The notes under the pieces were generated by a model. It was given only the letters and a program-made list of their open reading frames with translations, was not told the DNA's origin and did no database searches. DNA of 64,000 nucleotides from the NCBI RefSeq assembly GCF_001194135.2, contig NC_068982.1:123036007-123100006 (forward strand). Direction: 5' to 3'. This DNA is from Octopus bimaculoides. Its lineage: Eukaryota. The translations under genes were made by a program, and so were the position numbers. Positions 26,020-39,171 of this stretch are shown in pieces; the first letter of the stretch is position 1; each line of letters opens with the position of its first letter.

Positions 26020-26517
26020 TAATAGGTTTATAATAAAGTGAGTTCACGGCTGTATCCTACATCAGTTTCGCATAACCAGCCCCAGCCCATCCAAAAGTAC
26101 CTTGGATTGTAGGGCAACCTGCTGTGCTTGAGGAGACCTATTGAGTCAAGTACATCAACATCAAAATGAAAATCAAATGGAAATTGTAGTTGTGATACCT
26201 GTGCCGGTGGCACGTAAAAAGCACCATCCAAACGTAGCCGATGCCAGTGCCGCCTTGACTGGCTTCCGTGCTGGTGGCACGTAAAAATCACCAACTGATT
26301 GTGGTCGTTGTAGGTCTCCTCTGGCCCCTGTGCTGGTGGCACGTAAAAAGCACCCACTACAGTCACGGAGTGGTTGGTGTTAGGAAGGGCATCCAGCTGT
26401 AGAAACACTGCCTGATCTGACTGGAGGATGGTGCAGCCTCCTGGCTTCCCAGACCCCAGTTGAACCATCCAACTCATGCTAGCATGGAAAACGTACGTTA
26501 AACGATGATGATGATGC
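26020..26517 (+). mobile_element. Young RTE LINE 3' UTR with intact CpGs
   Basis: Three GTGC(C/T)GGTGGCACGTAAAAA modules and a tail CGTTAAACGATGATGATGATG. Confidence 0.8.
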
Positions 26518-26540
26518 TTATAACAAAAAGAAAAATGATA

Positions 26541-27602
26541 GGTTAATGTTTACATCTTGACCCGGAAANNNNNNNNNNNNNNNNNNNNNNNNNNNNNNNN
26601 NNNNNNNNNNNNNNNNNNNNNNNNNNNNNNNNNNNNNNNNNNNNNNNNNNNNNNNNNNNNNNNNTCCCTCATAACTTTTAGGAGAATGGAGTTTTTTTCA
26701 ATGAAATTTTATAAAAATACCTTTCAAACGGCATACATTACGATTATAAAGAAACTTATGGGGAAAATCTTTTCCAAGGCGGTGGGGAGAGGACTTCGGA
26801 AAATTCACAAAATCCAAGTTTTTCCCTCATAACTTTTATATGGAAAAATGGTTTTTTTTTAAAATGAAATTTTATATAAATACCTTTGAAACGGCATACA
26901 TTATGACTATAAAGTAATTTGTGGGGAGAGGACTTTCGGAGAATTCCCAAGATCTGAATTTTTCCTCGTTATATTCCGAAATCACATTCACCTTTCTGCA
27001 GATACCCTAACGTAGCACTACTACACTACGTAGTGTTTATTTCTACCCGCTTTCAATAATTTTTAATGTTTTGGCTTCAATTTTATTTCGTTTTCAATTA
27101 ACCCTTCGTCGTTACTCTCTTTCACTCGTTATTATTTTCTGTCTCTATCTATCTATATATTATATATATGCATATATACATACATATATGTATATATATA
27201 CATATATATATACATACATATATATATACACACACACACATATATATATATATATACACACACACATATATATACAGTTATGAAGGAAAAACTTGGATCT
27301 TGTGAATTTTCCGAAGTTATCTCCCCACCCCCTAGGAAAAGATTTTCCCCACAAATTTCTTTATAATCGTAATGTATGCCATTTGAATGGTATTTCTATA
27401 AAATTTCATTGAAAAATTTCCATTTTCCTAAAAGTTATGAGGGAAAAACTCGGATCTTGTGAATTTTCCGAAGTCCTCTTCCCACCCTCCCGTTGCTTTG
27501 CGCGCATTATTTTTTTGATATTTGTTTCCTACACATTGTCTTATATCCATTCCAGTATTGTTTTTGGATTTTCATTTCCGGGTCAAGATGTAAACATTAA
27601 CC
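26541..27602. mobile_element. Non-autonomous foldback/MITE DNA transposon with 28-bp perfect terminal inverted repeat, modular ~157-bp inverted subterminal repeats and 8-bp TSD
   Basis: GGTTAATGTTTACATCTTGACCCGGAAA (26541-26568) is the exact reverse complement of 27575-27602. AAATGATA lies at both 26533-26540 and 27603-27610. Units at 26665 and 26823 are inverted relative to units at 27277 and 27434. Confidence 0.85.
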
Positions 27603-27953
27603 AAATGATATATTTTGAAAGATCCTACATAATTTTAAATAATTTAGCCAGTTATTCCGAATCGAGTTCGAACCCACAACGTTACTTTTACCGCTCTCAG
27701 TAGCTTTTGAATGATGCAAAATTAGGTCGGTCGCTTAGAACGTATATGAAAAACAAAAAAGAAAACGAAAATAAATGAAAATCCCAAAAGAAAGAAAAAA
27801 TCGAGTGCTAACATGAATGTGTCGCTTATGACGTTAAGAAAATCCCTTTGATGATCAAACTAAATCTTGTTTTGCTTTTCTTTCTCTTTTAAATATATAT
27901 CCTCTTTACGTTTATATTAAAAGTTCAGTCTTTTCAACACACAGGTGTATGTG

Positions 27954-27994
<41 letters not shown>

Positions 27995-28524
27995 TAGTTT
28001 ACTTACTACAGTAATTAAAATAAATTGTATAGGGTACACTAGAAAACTAAACGACGAATCATAAATAAATATATTTATTTTTTACAGCCCAAAATAAAAT
28101 AAAATAAGATAAAAGTAAAAAATAAAGAGTGAGTAGAGTCGACTTATTCTCACCCCCTTTCCTCTTGTATCTTTATTCAACTCTTTCCACCAAGCTGCGT
28201 GTACACACATTAAATGCACTCGTAATATTTCTCCCTTGTTCTTAATGTATCTGATTCGCTGAGGATTTCCGAACCGTGGTGGTAATATATGACTTGAACT
28301 AGATTTTTTTTATTGGGTTTTATTTCCCCCGCTGTTCTGCTCTTTGTTTCGTTCTGAGGCCTCATATATATTTTGGTGTACGATAGGCGGATACTTATAC
28401 ATGTAAATATTGTATGTGCGTGCGTGTATGCATGTATGAATAGATAACTGTAGATTTCTTTCTGTGCCTGTGTGTATCCCTGCTTTATCAACATAACGTT
28501 AAGCTCACGACTGACAGAAGTATA

Positions 28525-28571
<47 letters not shown>

Positions 28572-28599
28572 CGAGCAACAACATAATTCTAAAGAGTAG

Positions 28600-28990
28600 A
28601 TTTTTTTTATATTACGTCACGTCTTCTGCCAGACTCATTTGAGACAGTATAAAAGCTCGGTGTCATTACCATTTTATTTAAAATCTAACCAAAACCTGTT
28701 TCTAGTTATATTGGTTCGTCAACAAGCTATGCCACATACGTTTGTAAAGTTGCATTTTCTTTCTTTTACAATTGCTCCTTGTTGCGTGCCTTGACTTCTA
28801 AAATTTTCACACTGAAACTTATCACGAACATATATACATCAAGAAGAATTCATGTTAAAATCCTATTCTGTACGCTAAAGTTTAACTGTAACATAGCTTA
28901 TCAGTTCCCTGCATGTATATAATGTATGTAAATTTAACGAGATAGTAAACCTACTCACAATTTTCTCCGTCGCTGACGTAAATTGTGATT
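28600..28990 (+). promoter_or_regulatory. Putative EEIG1 promoter elements: CRE/ATF-like TGACGTAA twice and a TATA box
   Basis: TTACGTCA at 28612-28619 (overlapping GTCACGTC), TATAAAA at 28648-28654 and TGACGTAA at 28974-28981, inside a CpG-retaining region upstream of the ATG. The TSS is not determined. Confidence 0.45.
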
Positions 28991-29022
28991 TGAAGCTATC
29001 TTGTTTATCTGTTCTCTAAGCG

Positions 29023-29175
29023 ATGGAATCGTCGGCATTGTTATGTAAAGACGACCTCTGCTATTGGAGAGCAGACTTGCCGAGGATTACAGGTGATCAT
29101 TACCAACTAGAAGACGGACAGCAGCTTCAGGGTCTTTTGCCTATCACAGTTAATACTTGTAATAATATGCTGTGA
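29023..29175 (+). other. Candidate upstream ORF (50 aa) in the EEIG1 leader
   Basis: GCGATGG start context. Translation MESSALLCKDDLCYWRADLPRITGDHYQLEDGQQLQGLLPITVNTCNNML*. No further ATG between its stop and the main ATG at 29408. Confidence 0.45.
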
Positions 29176-29359
29176 TTTTGCTGCTCGTCATTTTTGTCTT
29201 CAGTTTTCCAATACAGTTGTCTTTCTCTATCAGAACAGGCAACACAGTCACTAAACGTATTATTATCCCTTTATAAACATATATACCCACACCCTCCTTT
29301 TTTTAATATATACATATAAACATACAAACACCTATTCTTACATACGGACAAATAACTGA

Positions 29360-29584
<225 letters not shown>

Positions 29585-32500
29585 TAATTGATTCTCTAAA
29601 AATTCATTTATTTATGACGTTTTACTAGATTTTATAGTGTTACTATTATTTGTCTTTTAATCTCCTTAATTATTGCCTTTTTTTTTTCTTCTCTCGTAAT
29701 ATCGGAAATGTTGGTTTTCGATATAGAAAAATTAAACAAAAAAAATGTATACGAGCGCATCAACTATTATTCAGAAACCCATAAGTTGCTATTATTGTGA
29801 AAACACCGAATTATAAACTATATAGGAGACAAATTGTCTGCGTGTATAATCTCACAAAACACGTTAATTTGCTATTCATGTGTGTAAAGGTAGCAAGAGG
29901 AAGAATCTTTATTGAATCCGCAAGTTCTGTCAGTGTTGATGCCGGTTTGACACTCCACATCACTAATTATAAACATAGGATGATCGTCCACTATTCCACG
30001 TCAATGTAAGTGGATCGTGATACTTGAGCTAGCACCTGTTTATAACTAACAGTATTTAAGAGACGGGATACTTCTTTAGGGGCAAGCCAACCCTGACCGA
30101 GCAAACCTATACTCCCAGGCGTCTCAGTCGTGAGCATCACGCTATTTTTACCCAAGCGTAGTGTATTTAGGACTACATTAACTGACGGATTGCCTTTATT
30201 AAAGATGGTAGGGTGTGAAATAGATGTTCTGCTGAGATTTCTAGGAAGTCCAGTGACCCATTAGAGGCCTCTTTCTTGACACGAGCTGGGATAATTTCTT
30301 CTAAAGGGTGCAACGAAATATTTTCTCCACCAATGCTTTCAACGTCACAAAGAAAATAATATGCTTACTCATAGATATTATTATCTAATAGATATAGTCA
30401 TATCCATTTCCACGCCCCTACTATATTTTCAGTCCATCTTTTTCAAAGACAACGGAAAGTCATACATCGGTGATCTGCGTGTGACATTCCTTAATTTTCT
30501 CTAAGAACTTTTTGAAGTTTATTTTTCTTATTCATGGGTTAGTATTGCAAATTCGACTGTTTTGCAGTATTCATCACCTTTGAAAATTCATTGTTCTTTA
30601 TATATTACTCATATTAACACCTGCTATATAACAGGAAACTCCCTGATTAAAAAGAAAAAGACCAGAAGTTACATATAATAAACCTTTTATTTATCAGCAT
30701 CATCTGCTGTAGTTGGTTTACCTACTTTTCTCCTATCTTGAATTAAATCACAGACGAATATTTATCATGAATTTCTAGTTTAGATTATTTAACTTAACAG
30801 CAGGTAATAATTTCCTGACTCACGTGTATATGCATTTCTAAATTTCTTCATTGTAGTAATCGAACCGGTTATTATTGGCTGCATATTTTGTAAACATGGG
30901 TCACTTTAGTGAACAAAAGTTGACGCAAAAGGCAAACCATATTTTACATAAAGCATTTAGCTAGCATTATCACATCAATTTGAAACAAAATCATGAAACT
31001 TTTAACCAATTTATCATTTCTAAGGAACTTATCACTTGAGTTTCGAATCTGAACCTATAATATTGTGTAAGCGCGTAACTCTGGATATTTGATTTTTAAG
31101 GATGCATACAAGGGGGTGGTTGTAGGCACGTGTAAAATGTATATATACATACGTGTACATTTTTGCTGACATGTATATACATGCATATTTAGCTCAAGGC
31201 GTATGCTAATTAAGCAGTTGTACGCTTTCATATACATTAAAGCATGTACTGTTATATACTACGTGTGTGCATTATTTACTGAACTGACATATTTTTTTTT
31301 TACGTATGTGGTTTAGAGATTGTACTTCAATCCCGCACAATTTAATTTAGTAACTGTTAATATCTCTGTTCTCTCATTTGTTTAATAAATTAAGGTGTAT
31401 GATATATTAACATATTCCATGTTAACATTTTGGAATCAGTCAGCTGATCATTTTTCGACTTTTTCCTCCATTGCATTCGTTTAGTTTCATCGCCTTAGTT
31501 CAGCTTTAATTGATATAATTTAATTGCAAATAATCTTAAATCATGCAAGAATTTCCCCTGAAAGATATTAAAAATAAAGCCTTGTTTGTTTTCGATTATT
31601 TTTCGATTTGTTCATAAAAAAAAAGTTGTTTCGACTATTGTCTGTAAAGTAGATGTAACAAAGCTATTAGAATATATTCTTAATTAGTATGTAGTCTATC
31701 CCTAAAGCACTTTAATCTCTTGACCCCATTCAGTGGTGGAGCAATAGGTAGATTAACCATCGTGAGAATGATACAAACCATCCAACTTGTTGATATATTG
31801 TGCACTACATAACGGGAGCACCTTTGCTTGTAGTGCCTGACGAAAGAAATGACTTTTACAGGAGCGCTTTTGTAAATATTTGGATGATGGGTAAACATTA
31901 GAAACTACTAGTCCTAGTCACAACATGCAGTATATGAATGACACAAAGGTGTTTTAGAGAAATGAATAGAACTTCACACATACATTCTAGTGTGTGTGTG
32001 CGCAAACCAAATGTGCTTCTTTATTTCTTCCTGTAGTTTGAGGTGGAAGCTCATTCGAAGTGGCATTAAAGTTCTAGTTAATCTATTAGTTTGATGAATC
32101 AAGAGTTGTTTTATGTCGGGATAGTTAGAGCGTGGATTAAAATGCCCTAGGTGTTATGATCGTCTAGATATTGAGTTAAAATCCCGCCGATATCTGTTTT
32201 ACCTTTGATTTTTCTTAAGTCAGAAGCAACCATGGACTAATGTTAATTTAGTCGACTATATTTCTTTCAAGAAAAAAAGAAAAAGGCCGTGTGCCTATGT
32301 TAGCATCAATCTTAGCCATAAACATATTAGCTTTCTGGATTGTTTTTTATATGGAAGTTTCCAAAATTAACGTCTATAAGTATCGCGTAATGTTAATTAG
32401 TATAAAGAAGTTTTAACTGCAAGAAGCTTCATTATATAGATCAAATAACAATACAGAGGAATTATGAAAGCCACGCTGGACTCAAAACTTCCTGCCCTGG

Positions 32501-33524
32501 TTAGCAGCATTGGCTATAATTACCATTATACTGTTTAGTGTTTAGATTTCCCTTTTGTAATTCAATGTAAGAAGATACTCTAGCTTTTTTTCATTGTCCT
32601 GTAATTTAATGTGAGACAAACCATCTGGAGTATCGCTAGTTAATTTTATAACTGATCTAGTGTGGACAGCTCATTACTTCCACTAATTTTGCAGCGTGTA
32701 GTAATTTATATTTCCTTGTACAGTAATTTAGCGTGGAGTTAAAGGTCTCTCTAATATATAAATCCAAAAAGAAATTATTATTTCCTTTATACTTGACGAC
32801 GTTCATCAGCCCTGTCAGATTATTATTTTTTTAAAATTTTGCCTGGAGAGAAAGAGCAGAGCCTTTGACTTCGAAGGCCAACCCTGCCTTTTGAGATTGA
32901 TGCTTGCAGGAAAAATGTGCATTCTAAGTGGATTGTCAAAGGCACATAATACTTATAAAAAAAAAAAAAGAAACCAGAAAGTGGGAATAAATGTATGTAA
33001 ATTTTATCACCTTTGAAATTTCATTCAGTAGACCAGCACTGACAATAAAGAATACTTTTTGTCCTTCTTCAAATTAGAAATGTGACATCTTTTTTATTAC
33101 TTAAGTCAATGTACATTTACGTAAATAGAACCAAACAGTAGATAAACTGGTTGGATTTATGGAGGTCATCCAATGAAAAGAAAAATCCCTCATCTCCAAC
33201 AAATGGTTCAAATGTCTTAATTTCTTAGATAAGAAAGTGATAAAGCTCCTTCTTGAGTCAAGAGGCCAGTTTCCCAGTTTCTGTGGTATAAATATATATT
33301 TCCCCTGGATGAATCACTAGTCTATTGCAGGATTACTCATTTTTGCCAGCTAAGCGGACTGGAGCAACGTGAAATGAAGTGTTTTGCTCAAGAACACTAT
33401 ACATTGCTCAGTTCAGGAATCAAAACCAAAATCTTACAATCATAGTCCAACACCCTAACTACTAATCCATGTACTTCCTCTTAATTTCTTGGACCTGCCC
33501 AACATTTCTAGGATGGAAACAGCT

Positions 33525-34030
33525 ATCATCATCATCATCATCATCATCATCGTTTAACGTCCGCTTTCCATGCTAGCATGGGTTGGACGATTTGACTGAG
33601 GACTGGTGAACCAGATGGCTACACCAGGCTCCAATCTGATTTGGCAGAGTTTCTACAGCTGGATGCCCTTCCTAATGCCAACCACTCTGAGAGTGTAGTG
33701 GGTGCTTTTATGTGCCACCGGCACGGAGGCCAGTCAGGCGGTACTGGCAACGACCACGCGCAAAATGGTGTATTTTACGTGCCACCTGCACAGGAGCCAG
33801 TCCAGCGGCACTGGCAACGATCTCGCTCAAATGTCTTTACACGTGCCACTGGCACAAGTGCCAGGATGGCGACGCTGGGCACAGGTGCCATCATGATTTC
33901 GCTTTCACTTGCCCCAACAGGTCTTCGCAAGCCAAGTTTAGTGTCCAATGAAGGAGACAACGTTGGCATGGGTGCCAGTCGTCGAATTTAGTTCGATTTT
34001 GATTTTACTTGCCTCAACAGGTCTTCGCAA
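33525..34030 (-). mobile_element. Young RTE LINE 3' UTR in EEIG1 intron 1
   Basis: (CAT)n then CGTTTAACGTCCGCTTTCCATGCTAGCATGGGTTGGACG, with CpGs retained. Confidence 0.85.
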
Positions 34031-34373
34031 GCTATATATTATCTATATATGATACAGGATGAAAACAGCTATATATTATCTAAAATGGGAAATTTTTGTA
34101 GTATCATTAAAAAATAAATAAATGGAACCTGAGAAAATAAATATATCTTGAACCCCGGTTAGTTTGACATCATACAGAAAACCAATGTCATAACTTTTCT
34201 GTTACTTCTAAAACTTGAGTTGTATAAATAAACACAGGCATTGTGGTAAAAAGTTTGCTTCTCAACCACATGGTTCTGGTTTCAGTCTCAATATGTGACA
34301 CCTTGGGCAAGTCTTCTGCTATAGCAGAAACCTTGAGAGTGGATTTCATAGATGGAAAGTGAAATAAGTCCAT

Positions 34374-34415
<42 letters not shown>

Positions 34416-35224
34416 TTCCCCACTGGTGCTTGAAAACCATGTTGGTTTGTTTACACCCCTATAATTTGGTGGTTTGGTAAAAGTGACTGCTAGAATAATT
34501 ATCAGGCTTAAAAATATATACTGGGGTTGATTAATTTGACTAAACCATTCAAGATGGTGCCCCAGTATGACTGCAGTCCAGTGACTGAAAGGTTTAAAAG
34601 ATAAATAAAAACATGGCTTTCAAATTTTTTTATCTGTATCTGTAAGACCTCTCTTCACAGTTTGGTTAGCTGCATTAGCTGAATGACTAAAGTGTCAGCT
34701 TAATAATTAAAAAAGTTGTGTGTTTGTCTCCTCTTATTGTTACATATTAAGAATAATTTACTAGCATACCATTTATTTGGATGTAGAGCAATTATGAAGA
34801 AAGCTATTAATTTAGTGGTAAATTAAATTGAAAATTAGATGAATAGTTTGAGACTGTAGTCTCAAGGTTATATTTTCTCAACTAAGTATGGAGTAGAAGC
34901 TTCATATTTTCATATTTTTAATGTATATTATGGGTTTATTTTTTATAATGTAACATTAATTTTCATGCTAGTTTCACTTAATAATTGTAAATGAAAATTA
35001 TTAACACAGGCTGGAAAAGTATAACAAAACTGAGAAAACAAAGGTAAAAAAAAGAATTCTTTAATGATATTTACTCAAAAGTGGCTGGAGTTTTAAATTT
35101 ATTTAGAGTATTTTACCCTATTGTAGATACTGTATATTTTTAGGTTGAGGAAGAAATACACAATTCTGAGTTCAAGTCCTGTTGAAGTCAACTTTGTATT
35201 TCATTCTTAAAGATATATATATAT

Positions 35225-35710
35225 NNNNNNNNNNNNNNNNNNNNNNNNNNNNNNNNNNNNNNNNNNNNNNNNNNNNNNNNNNNNNNNNNNNNNNNNNNNN
35301 NNNNNNNNNNNNNNNNNNNNNNNNNNNNNNNNNNNNNNNNNNNNNNNNNNNNNNNNNNNNNNNNNNNNNNNNNNNNNNNNNNNNNNNNNNNNNNNNNNNN
35401 NNNNNNNNNNNNNNNNNNNNNNNNNNNNNNNNNNNNNNNNNNNNNNNNNNNNNNNNNNNNNNNNNNNNNNNNNNNNNNNNNNNNNNNNNNNNNNNNNNNN
35501 NNNNNNNNNNNNNNNNNNNNNNNNNNNNNNNNNNNNNNNNNNNNNNNNNNNNNNNNNNNNNNNNNNNNNNNNNNNNNNNNNNNNNNNNNNNNNNNNNNNN
35601 NNNNNNNNNNNNNNNNNNNNNNNNNNNNNNNNNNNNNNNNNNNNNNNNNNNNNNNNNNNNNNNNNNNNNNNNNNNNNNNNNNNNNNNNNNNNNNNNNNNN
35701 NNNNNNNNNN
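35225..35710. other. Assembly gap flanked by (AT)n. Other gaps: 17361-17370, 26569-26664, 36433-36442, 45362-45461, 57921-58647, 59793-60457
   Basis: N runs seen directly. Confidence 0.99.
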
Positions 35711-35742
<32 letters not shown>

Positions 35743-36217
35743 GTGAGAGAGTTGGTATATGTATGTATATATATATATATATACATACACCAGTGAGGAT
35801 AATCCAAATACATTCTTTATTACACTAAATGTTTGTGCCTAAGAAAACATTCTTTTTAAGGTGAAATGACTAGAGTGTAAAAATTGTGGCTTGGAGGATG
35901 TCTATTTTGCTTGCATGTTCAAAGTTCAAATTTGTTTTGAACCAAATTTGTTTTTGATTCTCTGCTTGTTTGATTTAGTATCTTTCATATATTGAGGTTG
36001 AGCCATTTGACCTACAGCTCTTCAGTAATTTTTCAGAATTTTTCTTGTGTTGCTCAGACACTAGTACAACTTTTCTTTCAGTGATGTGTAGTAAGAAGAT
36101 TCAGTCCCACCATGTAGGATCTTGAGCAAGTGTCTTCAATTATAGCCTTGGGCAGACCCAAACCTTGTGAGTGAATTCGGTTGTTGGAAACTGAAAGAAG
36201 CCCATTGTATATATATA

Positions 36218-36442
36218 TATGTATCTTTACTCTTTTACTTGTTTCAGTCATTTGACTGCGGACATGCTGGAGCACCACCTTTAGTCGAGCAAATCGTCCC
36301 CAAGACTTATTCTTTGGAAGCCTAGTACTTATTCTATTGGTATCTTTTGCTGAACTGCGAAGTTACTGGGATGTAAACACACCACCATCGGTTGTGAAGC
36401 AATGCTGGGGGGGGGGACAAACACATACACACNNNNNNNNNN

Positions 36443-36481
<39 letters not shown>

Positions 36482-36650
36482 CATATATACGATGGGCTTC
36501 TTTCAGTTTCCGTCTACCAAATCCACTCACAAGGCTTTGGTCGGCCCGAGGCTATAGTAGAAGACACTTGCCCAAGGTGCCACACAGTGGGAATGAACCC
36601 GGAACCATGTGGTTGGTAAACAAGCTACTTACCACACAGCCACTCCTGCG
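36218..36650 (-). mobile_element. Near full-length young tRNA-headed SINE (10-N gap in its internal microsatellite)
   Basis: Minus strand runs from GCGCAGGAGTGGCTGTGTGGTAAGTAGCTTG...GGTTCCGGGTTCATTCCC to the tail AAGTAAAAGAGTAAAGA. It directly follows another SINE head at 36075-36215 (+). Confidence 0.85.
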
Positions 36651-39089
36651 CTATATGTTTGTGTGAGCATGTATTTATGTTTCCTTGTTTTGAGATCATC
36701 GTGTGATAGTTGTACATGATTGTCACTGTCATTCATTTCCAATATTCAGTGGAAAACTGTCAGGCTGTAACAAAACATTACCTTTCTTGGAAATAAGTGA
36801 GGGTTGATGACAGAAGGGCATCTGACCATAGAAAATCTCTTTCAATAAACTCTGACTTGTGTAAACATGGAAAAGTGGACATTAAACTGCTGCTACTGTG
36901 ACTTGTGAACAACCCGACTGAACTTTCTGTCTCCAAGCTTTTGACTATATTTTGAAAAATCATATCACTGGTATGATGAGTAAGTAAAGCGGTATGGTTA
37001 GTTTGAGCGATAATTAAACCTACATTGTTTACCACTGTGACCCTTTTCTGTATTAGGGAAAAAAATCTCAAAAACTGTAAGCCTTGAAAGAAAATCAATA
37101 TTTAATTTCTTGATCCTACAGACTGTTATTAGGTGTTGGATATCTTAGGTTTAATGATTATTAGTAAATCCTATCATGAGCTGCTAGGGTTCACAAAGCT
37201 GGTACTTGATACCATTCCCACCAGTATTAAGCAATTGAAAGACATATCAATCCCTTATGCTGGGAACTTTCCTTGTAAAGTATGACATCTGATTCCCATT
37301 TGAGTACACTGAGGCAATGGAGAATCAAATCTTTTACCTAAAAGATGTAATGAAATTTGTGTGGCAGATACGATTTCTTAATACTTGGTATGGAAGTTTG
37401 ATACCTTAATAACTTCATTGATATATTCAATCATATTGCATAGATACATATATCTTGTTCCTAGTTGATGCAGTGTTCCACAACTAAAAATACATTTTTT
37501 TCACCTTTTTTTTAGTTTTCCAGCATTTTTCAAATGTTATGTATTACATAGTTTTAATTTTCATAAATTGACATTTCATAAAAATATTCTGTTCTATTTT
37601 TCAACGTTAGTATCTTGTGTGTGTGTGTGTGTGTGAACGAATACACACCTACACATGTGTATGTTTATACATGTACACACACACACACACAAAGTGGTAT
37701 TGTGTGCTGGAAAGAATGTCAGTGTCATGTATGCTGATTCAGAAGATGATGGAGGTAGTGTGTATTCAGCTCCAACTTCAGATCAGGAAACTACTACTTT
37801 TAAGTGGTTGAAAAAGATGTATGGTGCTGTTATTGCCATTAATAAAATCATGTAACAATTACAAGAAAAACAAAACAAAACAAATAAAGAGAACTAAATG
37901 AAAATGTAAACTGACAAACAAAATAAGAAAGGAGCTAGTCAAAATTATTACGTCTTTATTTTTCTTTATCTAATGGGACTTGCTGATTCTTCATCACCCC
38001 CTTTCTACTGCAACTTACATATTGTATCATGTATGTTGGCGTGCCTCTGTTTTCTTTCCCATCTCCCTATGTACCACCCTGTCTCTCTCTGCTGCTTTGT
38101 TAGCATACCTTTTGCTTGTGTTTACCCCCCTCTTTTTTTTTTTTTTTTGCCATACAACTCCCTCTCTCTTTGCTTCACTGCTTATATGCTTTTTTTCCCC
38201 CCTCAACAATAAATCTGCTGCAGTGTAAAGGAATTATTAGCTCTGCATGTAAGCATTAGAATTTATTGAGCTGAAGCAGTGTTGTTGGAAGCTATAGCCA
38301 AAACCCTTTTCTTTGCTGAGAGACAAGAGATAACGTGTGGGCTTCGAGAAGTAGTAGTTTACAGCATATTAATATAGCACTGCCATCATTGTAAATTCCT
38401 CTGCTTAATCTTAAATTGGGTTTTATAACATGCTAAACCAGAACAACCTGTTTGTTTCTTTGAACTCTTTGACTTACTTGAATCCACTTGTAGGTGTTAT
38501 TAGCTAAAAACAATTACATCACAGAAACAGAAAACTGCTTTAGCTTATGTGAAATTCTCTCTCCTGTCTTTTTTTCTCCTCTTTATAATGAAGCATATAG
38601 TGTCGTTTGAGACTTTCTCTATGCTATCAGCTTTAGCAGCATTCCAGTAGGGTATTTCCACTCACAGGTATGTGAAGGAAAACTGCCTTCTCTTTAGCCC
38701 AGCAAGTTTTTCTTCTCTTGTAGATTTAACAAATGATTTTAATAGATAATTTCTTGTGTGGGATGGCAGTTGCTTGTCATGATTAACACATCTCACTTGG
38801 AATTTCTTTTTATGTACTCTGACAGGGGAAAAATTTCTCACTTTCATCTTTATAAAGTCTCATGACAGTTAAAGAAAAGCCTGGCAGGACTTTATTGTCA
38901 TTAAGTAACCTTTGATATGCTTATTGAAGCTACTTACCATTTAAAAAATATATTGCTTCAATTCTGTTTTTATCAAATACTGCAAATAAGAATTCGAGGG
39001 CTTTGTTCAGAATTGATCTGATTTGTATTGTCTGGTAATTGTGTCATCATGACTATTAACAAAGATGTATGATAGCTCTGAGAATCTTA

Positions 39090-39171
<82 letters not shown>

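Noticed and set aside
27655-27680. tRNA-like T-loop/B-box GAGTTCGAACCC
   Set aside because: No A-box, acceptor stem or cloverleaf could be built around it.
32861-32944. 9-bp inverted repeat GCCTTTGAC/GTCAAAGGC as a pre-miRNA
   Set aside because: Pairing collapses beyond 9 bp, so there is no continuous ~22-bp duplex.
35172-35813. ~200-aa ORFs at 35.2-35.8 kb, 45.2-45.6 kb and 59.7-60.6 kb
   Set aside because: Their length comes from N gaps.
37690-37855. Acidic ORF segment (YADSEDDGGSVYSAPTSDQE) as an EEIG1 exon
   Set aside because: No similarity to the expected exon 2 and no convincing splice sites. Its start lies in a CA microsatellite.
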